From positions 1 through 33,357 of the forward strand of contig JANMPX010000206.1 of assembly GCA_031370085.1 (NCBI GenBank): a stretch of DNA of 33,357 nucleotides, read 5' to 3'. The position numbers and the translations under genes are program-made. The notes below the pieces were generated by a model, which was not told the DNA's origin, did not search any database, and was given only the letters and a program-made list of their open reading frames with translations. This DNA comes from Chloroflexota bacterium. Lineage in GTDB: Bacteria > Chloroflexota > Limnocylindria > QHBO01. Shown one piece after another: positions 18,249 through 26,476 of this stretch. The first letter of the stretch is position 1. Each line of letters opens with the position of its first letter.

Positions 18249-18495
18249 CCTGGAAGCACGCATAGACGAGCTGGAACGCCGCACGCGACGCGGCGACAGC
18301 CGGGAGAGCATGGAGACCGCTTTCTGGGCGGTGATGCACAACGTGTTTCCCGAGGACACCCGGCGCCATCTCAAGGCGGCCAGCCGCGAGCAGCTGATGG
18401 CGGCTCGCAGCTACCTGGATCACTGGATCGCCAGGATGGACGACAAGCCGGCGTCCGAGAAGCAAGTCGAACGCGAAACGATCGAGGTCGAGTAG
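18226..18495 (+). CDS. Small helical hypothetical protein, probable partner of the Get3-like ATPase
   Basis: GAGG SD-like sequence upstream; overlaps the ATPase end; amphipathic PEDTRRHLKAASREQLMAARSYLDHWI; C-terminal ETIEVE. Confidence 0.78.
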   Translation: MSDKTTTDLEARIDELERRTRRGDSRESMETAFWAVMHNVFPEDTRRHLKAASREQLMAARSYLDHWIARMDDKPASEKQVERETIEVE

Positions 18496-18504
18496 CTGCC
18501 GGCG

Positions 18505-19512
18505 ATGACCGACCAGATTGGTGTGATCGGGGCCGGAGCCTGGGGCACCACCCTGGCGGTCAAGCTGGCTGCCGCCGAGCGTCCGGTCACCATCTGGGCG
18601 CACACCCCGACGGCCAATACGGAGCTGGCCGCCTCGCGCGAGAACAGCCGCTACCTGCCGGGGATCACCTTCCCGCCGAACATCCGGGTGGCCACCGATG
18701 AGGCCTACCTGGCCGAGCCGCATCGACTCTTCGTACTCGCGGTTCCATCGGCGCATCTCCGCGCGACGCTGGCGCGCCTGCGCCAGCACCTCTACCCGGG
18801 TGCGACTCTGCTGAGCGTGGTGAAGGGGATCGAGGAGCGGACCCACCTGCGCATGAGCGAGGTGATCGAGGAGGAGCTGCCCGGCCGGCGGGTGGCGGTC
18901 CTCTCCGGCCCAAACCTCGCCCGCGAGATCGCAGCAGGCCTGCCCGCGGGCACCGTGGTTGCGGCGGGGGACAGCGAGCTCGCCGCTGAGATGGCTGCCC
19001 TCTTCGCGTCCGATCGGTTCCGCGTGTACACCAATCCCGATGTAGTTGGGGTCGAGCTGAGCGGCGCGCTGAAGAATGTCGTGGCGCTGGCGGCTGGCTT
19101 CGTGGACGGGCTCGGCCTGGGGGATAGTGCCAAGGCGGGGATCATCACCCGCGGCCTCGCCGAGATGACCCGGCTGGGCGTGGCAGCCGGCGCCCATCCC
19201 CTGACATTCGCCGGACTGGCCGGGGTCGGCGACCTGATCGCGACCTGCATGAGCCCGCTGTCCCGCAACCGCCACGCCGGAGAGCTCATGGCTTCGGGCG
19301 TCTCCTGGACGGAAGCCGCGGCGCAGCTCAACGGGGTGGCGGAAGGAGTCTTCACCGTGCGCGGCGCCCTTGAGTTGGCTGCCAAACACGCCGTGCAGCT
19401 GCCGATCGCCGAGCAAGTGGAGGCAGTGGTCCACGGCGGCCGCCCACCGATGCAGGCAGTCGCGGAGCTGATGCAACGCGTTCCGCAGGACGAGCTGCGC
19501 CGCTCAGAGTGA
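18505..19512 (+). CDS. gpsA: NAD(P)H-dependent glycerol-3-phosphate dehydrogenase
   Basis: GAGAWGTTLA, KGIE, LSGPNLAREI, GALKNVVALAAG, GLAGVGDLIATC..SRN, VAEG. Confidence 0.96.
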   Translation: MTDQIGVIGAGAWGTTLAVKLAAAERPVTIWAHTPTANTELAASRENSRYLPGITFPPNIRVATDEAYLAEPHRLFVLAVPSAHLRATLARLRQHLYPGATLLSVVKGIEERTHLRMSEVIEEELPGRRVAVLSGPNLAREIAAGLPAGTVVAAGDSELAAEMAALFASDRFRVYTNPDVVGVELSGALKNVVALAAGFVDGLGLGDSAKAGIITRGLAEMTRLGVAAGAHPLTFAGLAGVGDLIATCMSPLSRNRHAGELMASGVSWTEAAAQLNGVAEGVFTVRGALELAAKHAVQLPIAEQVEAVVHGGRPPMQAVAELMQRVPQDELRRSE

Positions 19513-19528
19513 TCCCCGGCGCTGCAGT

Positions 19529-21250
19529 TCAGCCGGGCTCAAGCGGAAGGTAGGCCGGCCACCACATGGCGCGGTCGACCGCCGGTTCGATCTCCTCCGC
19601 GCGGTACTGCCGCCCATAGCCGCTCTCCTGGGCGTGATGCACCAGCGCGATGGCGATGGCGCGGGCACAGGTGCGCAGCTCCGAGATGGGCGGGTACAGT
19701 GCGCCGGCTGCCAACCGCTCTGGCGTCAGCAGACCGGCCAGCACGCGAGCGGCGACCAGGAATGCGTCGTCGGTGAGCTCGCGCGCTTCGGCCACGATCG
19801 CCCCGAGCCCGATCCCGGGAAAAATGAAGACGTTGTTGGCCTGGCCGATGGTTCGCTGTCCTGTCGGGCCGTCGACATCGGGGAATGGGCTGCCGGCGGC
19901 GACCAGGGCGCGGCCGTCGGTCCAGGCGAGGATCTGGTCAGGTCGCGCCTCGGCACGATCGCCCGGATTGGACAGCGGCAGGATGATCGGCTCGCGATCG
20001 TGGCGGGCCACCTCGCGGACCAGCTTCTCGGAGAAGGCGCCGTGGGACCCGGTGGTGCCGATCAGGATGGTGGGCCGGAACGCCGCCGCGACCGCCACCG
20101 GGTCCCGCCGTGCCACCTCGTCGAGCCCGAGGGCGGCTGTTCGAGCTTCGTCCATGGCGCTGGGGCGTTGATCGTCGGCGAGGTCGGGCCGCGACGTCTC
20201 GACCAGCCCATGGCTGTCGAGCAACGCGATCGCGTCGGCCGCTGCGGCGCGGTCGACCCCCTCCTCGGCGAGCTCCCGCAGGAAGAGGCGCGCGATGCCC
20301 AATGCCGCCGCGCCGGCACCCAGGAACAGCACGCGCTCGCCGGAGAGCTCTCCCCGCGATGCCCGTGCCGCAAGCAGTCCGGCCAGTACGACCGCGCCGG
20401 TCCCCTGGACGTCGTCGTTGAAGCTGGGCAGCCGATGGCGATAGCGCTCCAGCACGCGCAGGGCATTGTGCTGCTTGAAGTCCTCCCATTGAACGAGGGC
20501 CCGCGGGAAGACGCGTCCGACCGCATCGACGAATGCCTCCACCACCTCGTCGTAGGCCTCGCCGCGCAGGCGCCGCTCTCGGTAGCCCAGGTAGAGGGGA
20601 TCCGCCAGCAACTCCTCGCGACCGGTCCCCACGTCGAGGCTCACGGGGAGCGTCTGGGCGGGGTAGATGCCGGCCGCCGCGGTGTAGAGCGCCAGCTTGC
20701 CGACCGGGATCGCCATGCCGCCTGCCCCCTGGTCGCCGAGGCCCAGGATGCGCTCGTTGTCGGTGACTACGATCAGGCGCACGTCGCGATCGGTCGCCGC
20801 CCGCAGAATCGCGTCGATCCGACCGATGTCGGCCGGCGTGATCCATACGCCGCGCGGCCGCCGGAAGATGTGGCTGAACTCCTGGCAGGCACGACCGACG
20901 GTGGGGGTGTAGACGATCGGAAGGAACTCCTCGAGGTTGTCCAGCAGGAGCCGATAGAAGAGCGTCTCGTTGCGGTCCTGAAGCGCCGCCAGGCCAATGA
21001 AGCGCTCCAGGTCGTCCGACTTGCGCCGGACGTGCTCCAGCTCAAGAGCGAGCTGCTCCTCAATGGTCGAAACGCGCGCCGGCAGCAGGCCGCGCAGACC
21101 GAACTGGTCGCGCTCCTCATCGGAGAAGGCGGTGTCCTTGTTCAACAGCGGATGGGCGATCAGCTCCGGTCCGCGACGGCGCACCACGATCGGGCCTCGC
21201 GGCGCCTCGAGCGCCGGGGGCGCGGTCGAACGAGTCGCAACCCTCTCCAT
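19529..21250 (-). CDS. maeA: NAD-dependent malic enzyme
   Basis: [69 protein letters not shown]. Confidence 0.94.
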   Translation of the reverse strand: MERVATRSTAPPALEAPRGPIVVRRRGPELIAHPLLNKDTAFSDEERDQFGLRGLLPARVSTIEEQLALELEHVRRKSDDLERFIGLAALQDRNETLFYRLLLDNLEEFLPIVYTPTVGRACQEFSHIFRRPRGVWITPADIGRIDAILRAATDRDVRLIVVTDNERILGLGDQGAGGMAIPVGKLALYTAAAGIYPAQTLPVSLDVGTGREELLADPLYLGYRERRLRGEAYDEVVEAFVDAVGRVFPRALVQWEDFKQHNALRVLERYRHRLPSFNDDVQGTGAVVLAGLLAARASRGELSGERVLFLGAGAAALGIARLFLRELAEEGVDRAAAADAIALLDSHGLVETSRPDLADDQRPSAMDEARTAALGLDEVARRDPVAVAAAFRPTILIGTTGSHGAFSEKLVREVARHDREPIILPLSNPGDRAEARPDQILAWTDGRALVAAGSPFPDVDGPTGQRTIGQANNVFIFPGIGLGAIVAEARELTDDAFLVAARVLAGLLTPERLAAGALYPPISELRTCARAIAIALVHHAQESGYGRQYRAEEIEPAVDRAMWWPAYLPLEPG

Positions 21251-21352
21251 CGCGCCTGACAGTACGCGCTCAACCGATGCGGCGGAAGGGCCGTTGGGAC
21301 CCCCGATCGAAGGTCGGATGGCCCGCGTGTCGTAGACTTACGACCGCGCGGT

Positions 21353-21429
21353 CGGGGCGTAGCGCAGTCTGGTAGCGCACCTGAATGGGGTTCAGGAGGT
21401 CGAAGGTTCGAATCCTTTCGCCCCGACCA
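21353..21429 (+). tRNA. tRNA-Pro (anticodon GGG)
   Basis: 77 nt; acceptor stem CGGGGCG/CGCCCCG plus ACCA; anticodon arm CCTGA-ATGGGGT-TCAGG; T arm GGTTCGAATCC; TAGACT -10 at 21333-21338. Confidence 0.97.
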
Positions 21430-21512
21430 ATACCACGGCCTCGCTCCCTCTGCGGCCAGTCACGGTCACCGACCGGCACGAGGCGACCGAAGGAGGTCGA
21501 GCAGAGACTGGT

Positions 21513-22466
21513 TCAGGCGGTCGAGGCGTCGATCATCGGCTTGACCTCGCCAATCCAGCGTTCGATCGTCTCGGCGTCGTAAGGCGCCGGCAGCTCGGCG
21601 ATGAAGGTGTGGAAGCCGAGCTCCTTGCGCTCGACCATCATCTGCGCGATCTCTTCGGCAGTTCCGATCCAGAAGGTGTCATCGCTCTCCACCTCGCTCA
21701 ACGGCGTGCGGTTGTGCTCCATCTGTGCCTCCCATACCCGTCGCGCCTCGGCGGCGGAGTCGCGGATCAACGGCTTGCAGCCGAACGTGAGTTCGATGTG
21801 CGCCGGATCACGGCCAACCGCCTCGCAATGAGCGCGAAGGACCTCGACCTTGTGGCGGGCGAGTTCGAGGCTGCCCATCATGTTCCACATGTCGGCGTAC
21901 TTCGCCACGGTGCGCAGCGTCTTCCGCTCGCCGGAACCGCCGATCATGATCGGCAAACGGCCCTGGACGGGCGGCGGCGCCAGCCGCAGGTGATCGAAGG
22001 CGTAGCGGCCGCCGGAGTTCGAGGTGACCTCCTGGCCGTCGAGCAGGGCGCGCATCGCGCCGGCCGCCTCGTCCAGCCAGTCGAGCCGCTGCCCAAAGCC
22101 GGTGCCGAACTCGATGCCGAACGCGGTGTGCTCCAGCTCGAACCAGGCACCGCCGATGCCGAGGATGGCGCGGCCGTCGCTGAGGTGATCGAGCGTGGTG
22201 GCCGCCTTCGCCACCAGGCCCGGATTGCGGAACGTGTTGGCGCCGACCAGAAGCCCCAGCCGGGCGCGGCGGGTGACCTTGGCCAGCGCGGCGAGCGTCG
22301 CGTAGCCCTCGAAGATCGGCTGGTAGGGGTCGCCAAAGATGGCGTACAGGTGATCCCAGGCCCACAGGTGATCGTAGCCCAGCTCGTCGATATGCCGGGC
22401 CGTCCGCTCGAGGGATGGCCAGTCGGTCGCCTGGTTCCAGAGCAGAACGCCGAGCCGCGTTTCCAT
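21513..22466 (-). CDS. LLM-class (luciferase-like) oxidoreductase, probably F420-dependent
   Basis: GYDHLWAWDHL, NTFRNPGLVAKAATTLDHLSDGRAILGIGGAWFELEH, PIMIGGSGERKTLRTVAKYADMWN; GGAGG SD and TACGAT -10 upstream. Confidence 0.9.
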   Translation of the reverse strand: METRLGVLLWNQATDWPSLERTARHIDELGYDHLWAWDHLYAIFGDPYQPIFEGYATLAALAKVTRRARLGLLVGANTFRNPGLVAKAATTLDHLSDGRAILGIGGAWFELEHTAFGIEFGTGFGQRLDWLDEAAGAMRALLDGQEVTSNSGGRYAFDHLRLAPPPVQGRLPIMIGGSGERKTLRTVAKYADMWNMMGSLELARHKVEVLRAHCEAVGRDPAHIELTFGCKPLIRDSAAEARRVWEAQMEHNRTPLSEVESDDTFWIGTAEEIAQMMVERKELGFHTFIAELPAPYDAETIERWIGEVKPMIDASTA

Positions 22467-22707
22467 CGGTCAGAACCTCCAGTCAATCGTACCGGTCGCC
22501 ACCGCAGGATCGGGCCGACCAGCATCTCTCCCCGCCTCAGCCCCGCGAGAGGGCGAAACCGATGAAGTGGCGGCGGCGTTCGGCGGTCTACGCCCTTGCC
22601 AGGTGACCACAGAGCCAGTGTATGCACGTCGCCCATCAGGCCGCCTCGAATGTCGACCAGACGGAAGCCGGTACGATCACCCGGCACCTGGTATCTGCTG
22701 GGTTGAG

Positions 22708-22739
22708 TCCTTTCGCCCCGACCAATACCACGTCCTCGC
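22708..22739 (+). repeat. Direct repeat of the tRNA-Pro 3' end and trailer (att-like site)
   Basis: TCCTTTCGCCCCGACCAATACCACG[T/G]CCTCGC matches 21413-21444 at 31 of 32 nt. Confidence 0.88.
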
Positions 22740-22771
22740 AATGCATTGCGCGCTTCGGGTACCCTCGGGGC

Positions 22772-24169
22772 ATGCCAAGGATCGGGGAAAGGCTGGCCGG
22801 GCGTTACCGTCTCGACGCTCGGATCGGGTCGGGTGGGTTCGCCACGGTCTTTCGCGCCCGCGACCTGCGACTCGAACGTGACGTTGCGGTGAAGGTGCTC
22901 CTCGCCAACCACGCGACGGATTCGGTCATCGCCGCGCGCTTCGACCGCGAGGCACGGGTGCTCGCCGCGGTCAGCCATCCGAACGTGGTCGCCGTCCACG
23001 ACGTCGCCCCGGGCGACCCGGCGACCGCTGCAGAGCCGTTCCTGGTCATGGACCTGTGTGACGGCGGTTCCCTCGCGGATCGTCTCGCCGCGTCAGAGAC
23101 TGGGGCGCTCCCTCCGGATGAACTCGTTCCGGTCCTTGTCGACGTCGCGGCTGGCCTCGACGCACTGCACGCCCGAGGGATCGTCCATCGTGACCTCAAG
23201 CCGTCGAACGTCCTGCTGTCCGACGGCCGGGCACGGATCGCGGACCTCGGGATCGCCGCCACCGGTCCGAGCGAACTGACCACCATTGGGACCACCATCG
23301 GCACGCTCGCCTATCTCGCGCCGGAGCAGCTCGCGGGCGAGCCGGGGAGCCGCGCCAGTGACGTGCATGCCCTCGGGGTTATCGCCTTCCTCGGCCTGAC
23401 CGGGATGCTCCCTCGTCCCGCCGGCAGCGTCGCCGAGGTCGTCGCGGCGAGCGTCCAGCCGGTCCGCCCCGTCTCCGCCCTGGGACCCGGTCTCGGCTCA
23501 GCGTTTGATCCGGCGATCGCGCGCGCCCTCGCCGGCGACCCTTCTCAACGGCCCACGGCGTTTGAGTTCGGGGCAACGCTCGCCACGGCCCTCGAGCGCT
23601 GGCGGGCCGAGCCGGCGTCGGTGGCGGCGGGCGAGGCGACCACCCTCACCAAGGTGCCACTCCCCGTCGATGGCGTTGCGGCCGCGGCCGTCGCTGTCAC
23701 GACGCGCCGGGGCGGATGGTTGATCGCCACAGCGGGCACCGTGGCCGTGGCCCTTTTCCTCGGGTTGGTGGCCTTCCTGCTCTTCGGATCAAACGGTTCT
23801 GGTGGGACGGCGTCTCCCTCGGCCGCAGTCAGCGTCGGCGGGAATCCGTCGGCCTCCGCGACCGTCGACCCGTACGGCGACGCCGGCGCCGCGAGCGACG
23901 AGATGCGTGCGGCGATCGCAGCCGCCCGCGGACCCGACGGCCTGAACGGGCGCGAGGCGAAGGATCTCGAGAGCCTTCTCGATCGGTTCAACCAGGCGCT
24001 CAACGAGCAAGATCTAAAGACAGCGCGCGATGAGGCGGGCAAGCTGGCCGCGCAGGTCAGCCAGTTCATCGACCAGCGGGCCGTCGGCGCTGAGGCCGCC
24101 TCTCGGCTCCGGACCGCCGCCGATCGGCTCGTCGCGGCTGCGAACGCCCTCCCGACATCGCCCAAGTGA
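22772..24169 (+). CDS. Hanks-type Ser/Thr protein kinase with TM helix and helical extracellular domain
   Basis: IGSGGFATV, VAVKVL, HRDLKPSNVL, DLG, GTLAYLAPEQ; TM segment WLIATAGTVAVALFLGLVAFLLF. ATG 22772 lies 6 nt after TACCCT. Confidence 0.92.
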   Translation: MPRIGERLAGRYRLDARIGSGGFATVFRARDLRLERDVAVKVLLANHATDSVIAARFDREARVLAAVSHPNVVAVHDVAPGDPATAAEPFLVMDLCDGGSLADRLAASETGALPPDELVPVLVDVAAGLDALHARGIVHRDLKPSNVLLSDGRARIADLGIAATGPSELTTIGTTIGTLAYLAPEQLAGEPGSRASDVHALGVIAFLGLTGMLPRPAGSVAEVVAASVQPVRPVSALGPGLGSAFDPAIARALAGDPSQRPTAFEFGATLATALERWRAEPASVAAGEATTLTKVPLPVDGVAAAAVAVTTRRGGWLIATAGTVAVALFLGLVAFLLFGSNGSGGTASPSAAVSVGGNPSASATVDPYGDAGAASDEMRAAIAAARGPDGLNGREAKDLESLLDRFNQALNEQDLKTARDEAGKLAAQVSQFIDQRAVGAEAASRLRTAADRLVAAANALPTSPK

Positions 24170-24474
24170 TGCCGTTTTGGCGGGCCGTGCTCGGCTATAA
24201 GCTGCGCGCCGACAGCCCCGACGCGGACCTGGTCGATCCGCAGGATCGCGGCCCGGCGTTCTGGTTCGAGTCGATGGACGAGCCGCGCCCGGGTGACGGC
24301 GGCGCGATCCACGTCGCGATCTGGGTGCCGTACGAGCAGGTGGAGGCTCGCATCGCTGCGGCGCTCGCTGCCGGCGGCCGGATGGTGCGCGACGAGTTCG
24401 CACCCGCTTGGTGGACGCTGGCCGACGCGGCTGGCAACGAGGCCGATATCTCCACCGCGATGGGCCGCGACTGA
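24151..24474 (+). pseudogene. 5'-truncated VOC/glyoxalase-like gene (C-terminal domain only)
   Basis: In-frame PDIAQVMPFWRAVLGY...IHVAIWV...AAGGRMV...WWTLADAAGNEADI. It lacks the first beta-strand of a VOC domain and has no SD. Confidence 0.6.
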
Positions 24475-24534
24475 CGGTGAGAGGCCGGCGTCAACCGCGC
24501 ATCGATCACGGCGGCCGCTGCCTGCCCCTCGGCC

Positions 24535-24586
24535 TGTGGATGGCATGTGGACAACGGGCCGCGCCTCAGGAATGGATTGTGGGTAA
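24535..24586. promoter_or_regulatory. Three co-oriented DnaA-box-like 9-mers
   Basis: TGTGGATGG (24535), TGTGGACAA (24546), TGTGGGTAA (24578), compared with consensus TGTGGA(T/C)AA. Confidence 0.45.
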
Positions 24587-24620
24587 CCGACTGGACTGTT
24601 GAGCGACCGACGCCCACGAT

Positions 24621-24872
24621 AGACGCGGCGGGCGCCGGAGAAATCGCTCGACCGGTCACCAGGGGTGACACTGGAGCGGACACCCGAGGCGGCACTCGAT
24701 CCAGGCCAACAGCGTTTCGGTAGTGCCGGGTTGGTCGGCAGAGCCGAGACAACACCCGACCTGCGACGGCAACGTCACAGGCACGGAACTGGACGCGGGA
24801 CCATCCACGGGATCTTGCCACCGGATCATCCACTGGAATCGGCGCGGGGGTTACTCCGGCCCTCGCTGTTTT
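24621..24872 (+). ncRNA. Candidate structured non-coding RNA (~250 nt), family unassigned
   Basis: Long-range closing helix (24625-24645 with 24849-24869) encloses at least four hairpins, including a GCAA tetraloop, and is followed by a T-run. No credible ORF covers it. Confidence 0.55.
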
Positions 24873-25135
24873 CATGCGCCATCGGCACCGCTCAGCTGGA
24901 CGTGGGGTCCCCTTGGCCCGACCCATGAAGGGGTACACCGGGTCGTCGTACCCGTTGGCCGAGGCAGACCCTCCCCGTGGGTAGTGGGTCATGTCAGTAT
25001 GCACGAGCCCCGTCCGCCGGACGGAATCGGCGATCATGCGCTGGTGCCGGCAGGTAGAGCAGACATGGAACGGCAGTTAGGCTATCCCGCGCCGCGCATC
25101 GACCGCCGGGCACCTCGAAGATTGCGGGTGACCCG

Positions 25136-26476
25136 ATGACGACGACGCCGCTTCGCGATCTCCTGCGATCCCGGGGCACCCAGGCGGACCCGGAGGCGCC
25201 CATCGTGCTCGAGCACCGTGAGGCGCTGATCTACACCCTGGGGAAGGCCGCGGAGCTCGAGCACTACGTGATGTGCCAGTACCTCTACGCCGCCTTCTCC
25301 CTCAAGCAGACCGAGGCCGAAGGCATCTCCGCCGAGGGGCTGGCGCGCGTCAAGCAATGGCGGCACACGCTCTTCGAGATCGCGGAGCAGGAGATGTTGC
25401 ACCTGGCGCTGGTCGAGAACCTGCTCACCGCGGTGGGCGGCGCTCCACGACTGGCGCGTGCGAACTTCCCGCTGCCGGTGCGCAGCTACCCCGCCGGCAT
25501 CCAGATGGCCCTCCTTCCATTTGGCGAGATGGCGCTCCGGCATTTCGCCTACCTCGAGCGACCCGAGGGGCTGACGATGGATGATGCCGACGGTTTTGCT
25601 GCCCTCGAGCAGGCTGCGCCCCTGCCGCCAGCCGCCGAAGACGAGATCGGGCCGCACCTCCAGGACTTCACCACCATCGGGCACCTCTATCGGTCCATCG
25701 AGGGAGGACTGGCCCACCTGGCGGAGAAGCTCGGGGAGGATCGGCTCTTCATCGGTCCGCCCTCCGCGCAGGCAACCGCCGTCCATTTCCGATGGGACGA
25801 GCTGGTGGCGGTGACGGACCTTGCCTCAGCCCGTCGGGCGCTGGCGACGATCGTGGAGCAGGGAGAGGGGGCGCGCGGCGACTGGCGCGATGCCCACTTC
25901 GGCCGGTTGGTCACAGTCCTCGATGAGTACGTTGCCGCGCGGGACGCCGATCCCGCATTCGAGCCGGCTCGGCCGGTGCTGCTGGCTCGTGTGCGAATGC
26001 CTGAGGATGGCCCAGCGACGCCGATCATCAGTGAGCCGTTCACCGCTCGTTGCATGGACCTGTTGAACGCCGTGTACGAAGTCCTGCTCCAGATGCTGGC
26101 GCGCTATTTTGCGCACACCGATGAGACCGAGGGGCAGCTGGCGGCCCTGGCGGACGTGGCTGTAGGCCTGATGTACGGCGCCGTCAAGCCGCTGGGCGGG
26201 CTCGTCACGCGGCTACCCGTCGGGATCGAGTACCCCGACGTGACTGCCGGACCGGCCTTCGAGCTGTTCTACGCGGTGGATTACCTGCTGCCGCATCGGG
26301 AAGCGGCCTGGATCCTGATGGAGGAGCGGCTGCGCGAGGTTGCGGACCTCGCGATGCGGTGCCGGGACGCGTGCATTCCGACGTTCCTCGTGCCATTGAG
26401 CAGGATCACCGACGCGCTGCGCGCGAGTGCCGACAAGCTCAGCGCGGCGGGCGTGCTTGCCGCAGGAGAAGCGTAG
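25136..26476 (+). CDS. Ferritin-like domain protein (VioB/RebD C-terminal-like family)
   Basis: AAELEHYVMCQYLYAAFSLK, IAEQEMLHLALVENLLTAVGG, TIGHLYRSI, IVEQGEG...AHFGRL: di-iron four-helix bundle motifs. Confidence 0.82.
   Translation: MTTTPLRDLLRSRGTQADPEAPIVLEHREALIYTLGKAAELEHYVMCQYLYAAFSLKQTEAEGISAEGLARVKQWRHTLFEIAEQEMLHLALVENLLTAVGGAPRLARANFPLPVRSYPAGIQMALLPFGEMALRHFAYLERPEGLTMDDADGFAALEQAAPLPPAAEDEIGPHLQDFTTIGHLYRSIEGGLAHLAEKLGEDRLFIGPPSAQATAVHFRWDELVAVTDLASARRALATIVEQGEGARGDWRDAHFGRLVTVLDEYVAARDADPAFEPARPVLLARVRMPEDGPATPIISEPFTARCMDLLNAVYEVLLQMLARYFAHTDETEGQLAALADVAVGLMYGAVKPLGGLVTRLPVGIEYPDVTAGPAFELFYAVDYLLPHREAAWILMEERLREVADLAMRCRDACIPTFLVPLSRITDALRASADKLSAAGVLAAGEA

Noticed and set aside
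22500-22700. Riboswitch or small ORF (22567-22881, 22415-22606) between the LLM gene and the att-like repeat
   Set aside because: No recognisable aptamer consensus or protein motif, and the LLM promoter appears to lie immediately upstream of its SD.
24520-24620. Chromosomal replication origin
   Set aside because: Only three boxes, no AT-rich unwinding element, and no dnaA/dnaN/parAB neighbourhood.
24621-24872. SRP RNA, RNase P RNA, tmRNA, group II intron, or cobalamin/c-di-AMP riboswitch
   Set aside because: Hallmarks not found: SRP helix-8 CAGG..GGAA..AGCAG, RNase P GAGGAAAGTCC, tmRNA tRNA-like ends, intron domain V, riboswitch cores.
24195-25139. ORFs 24195-25037 (-), 24723-25139 (+) and 24665-24928 (+) as real genes
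   Set aside because: Arg/Pro/Gly-rich with no family motifs and weak codon bias. A minus-strand stretch at ~24900-25075 (..GYDDPVYPFMGRAK) might be a gene remnant, but I cannot support an assignment without TBLASTN.
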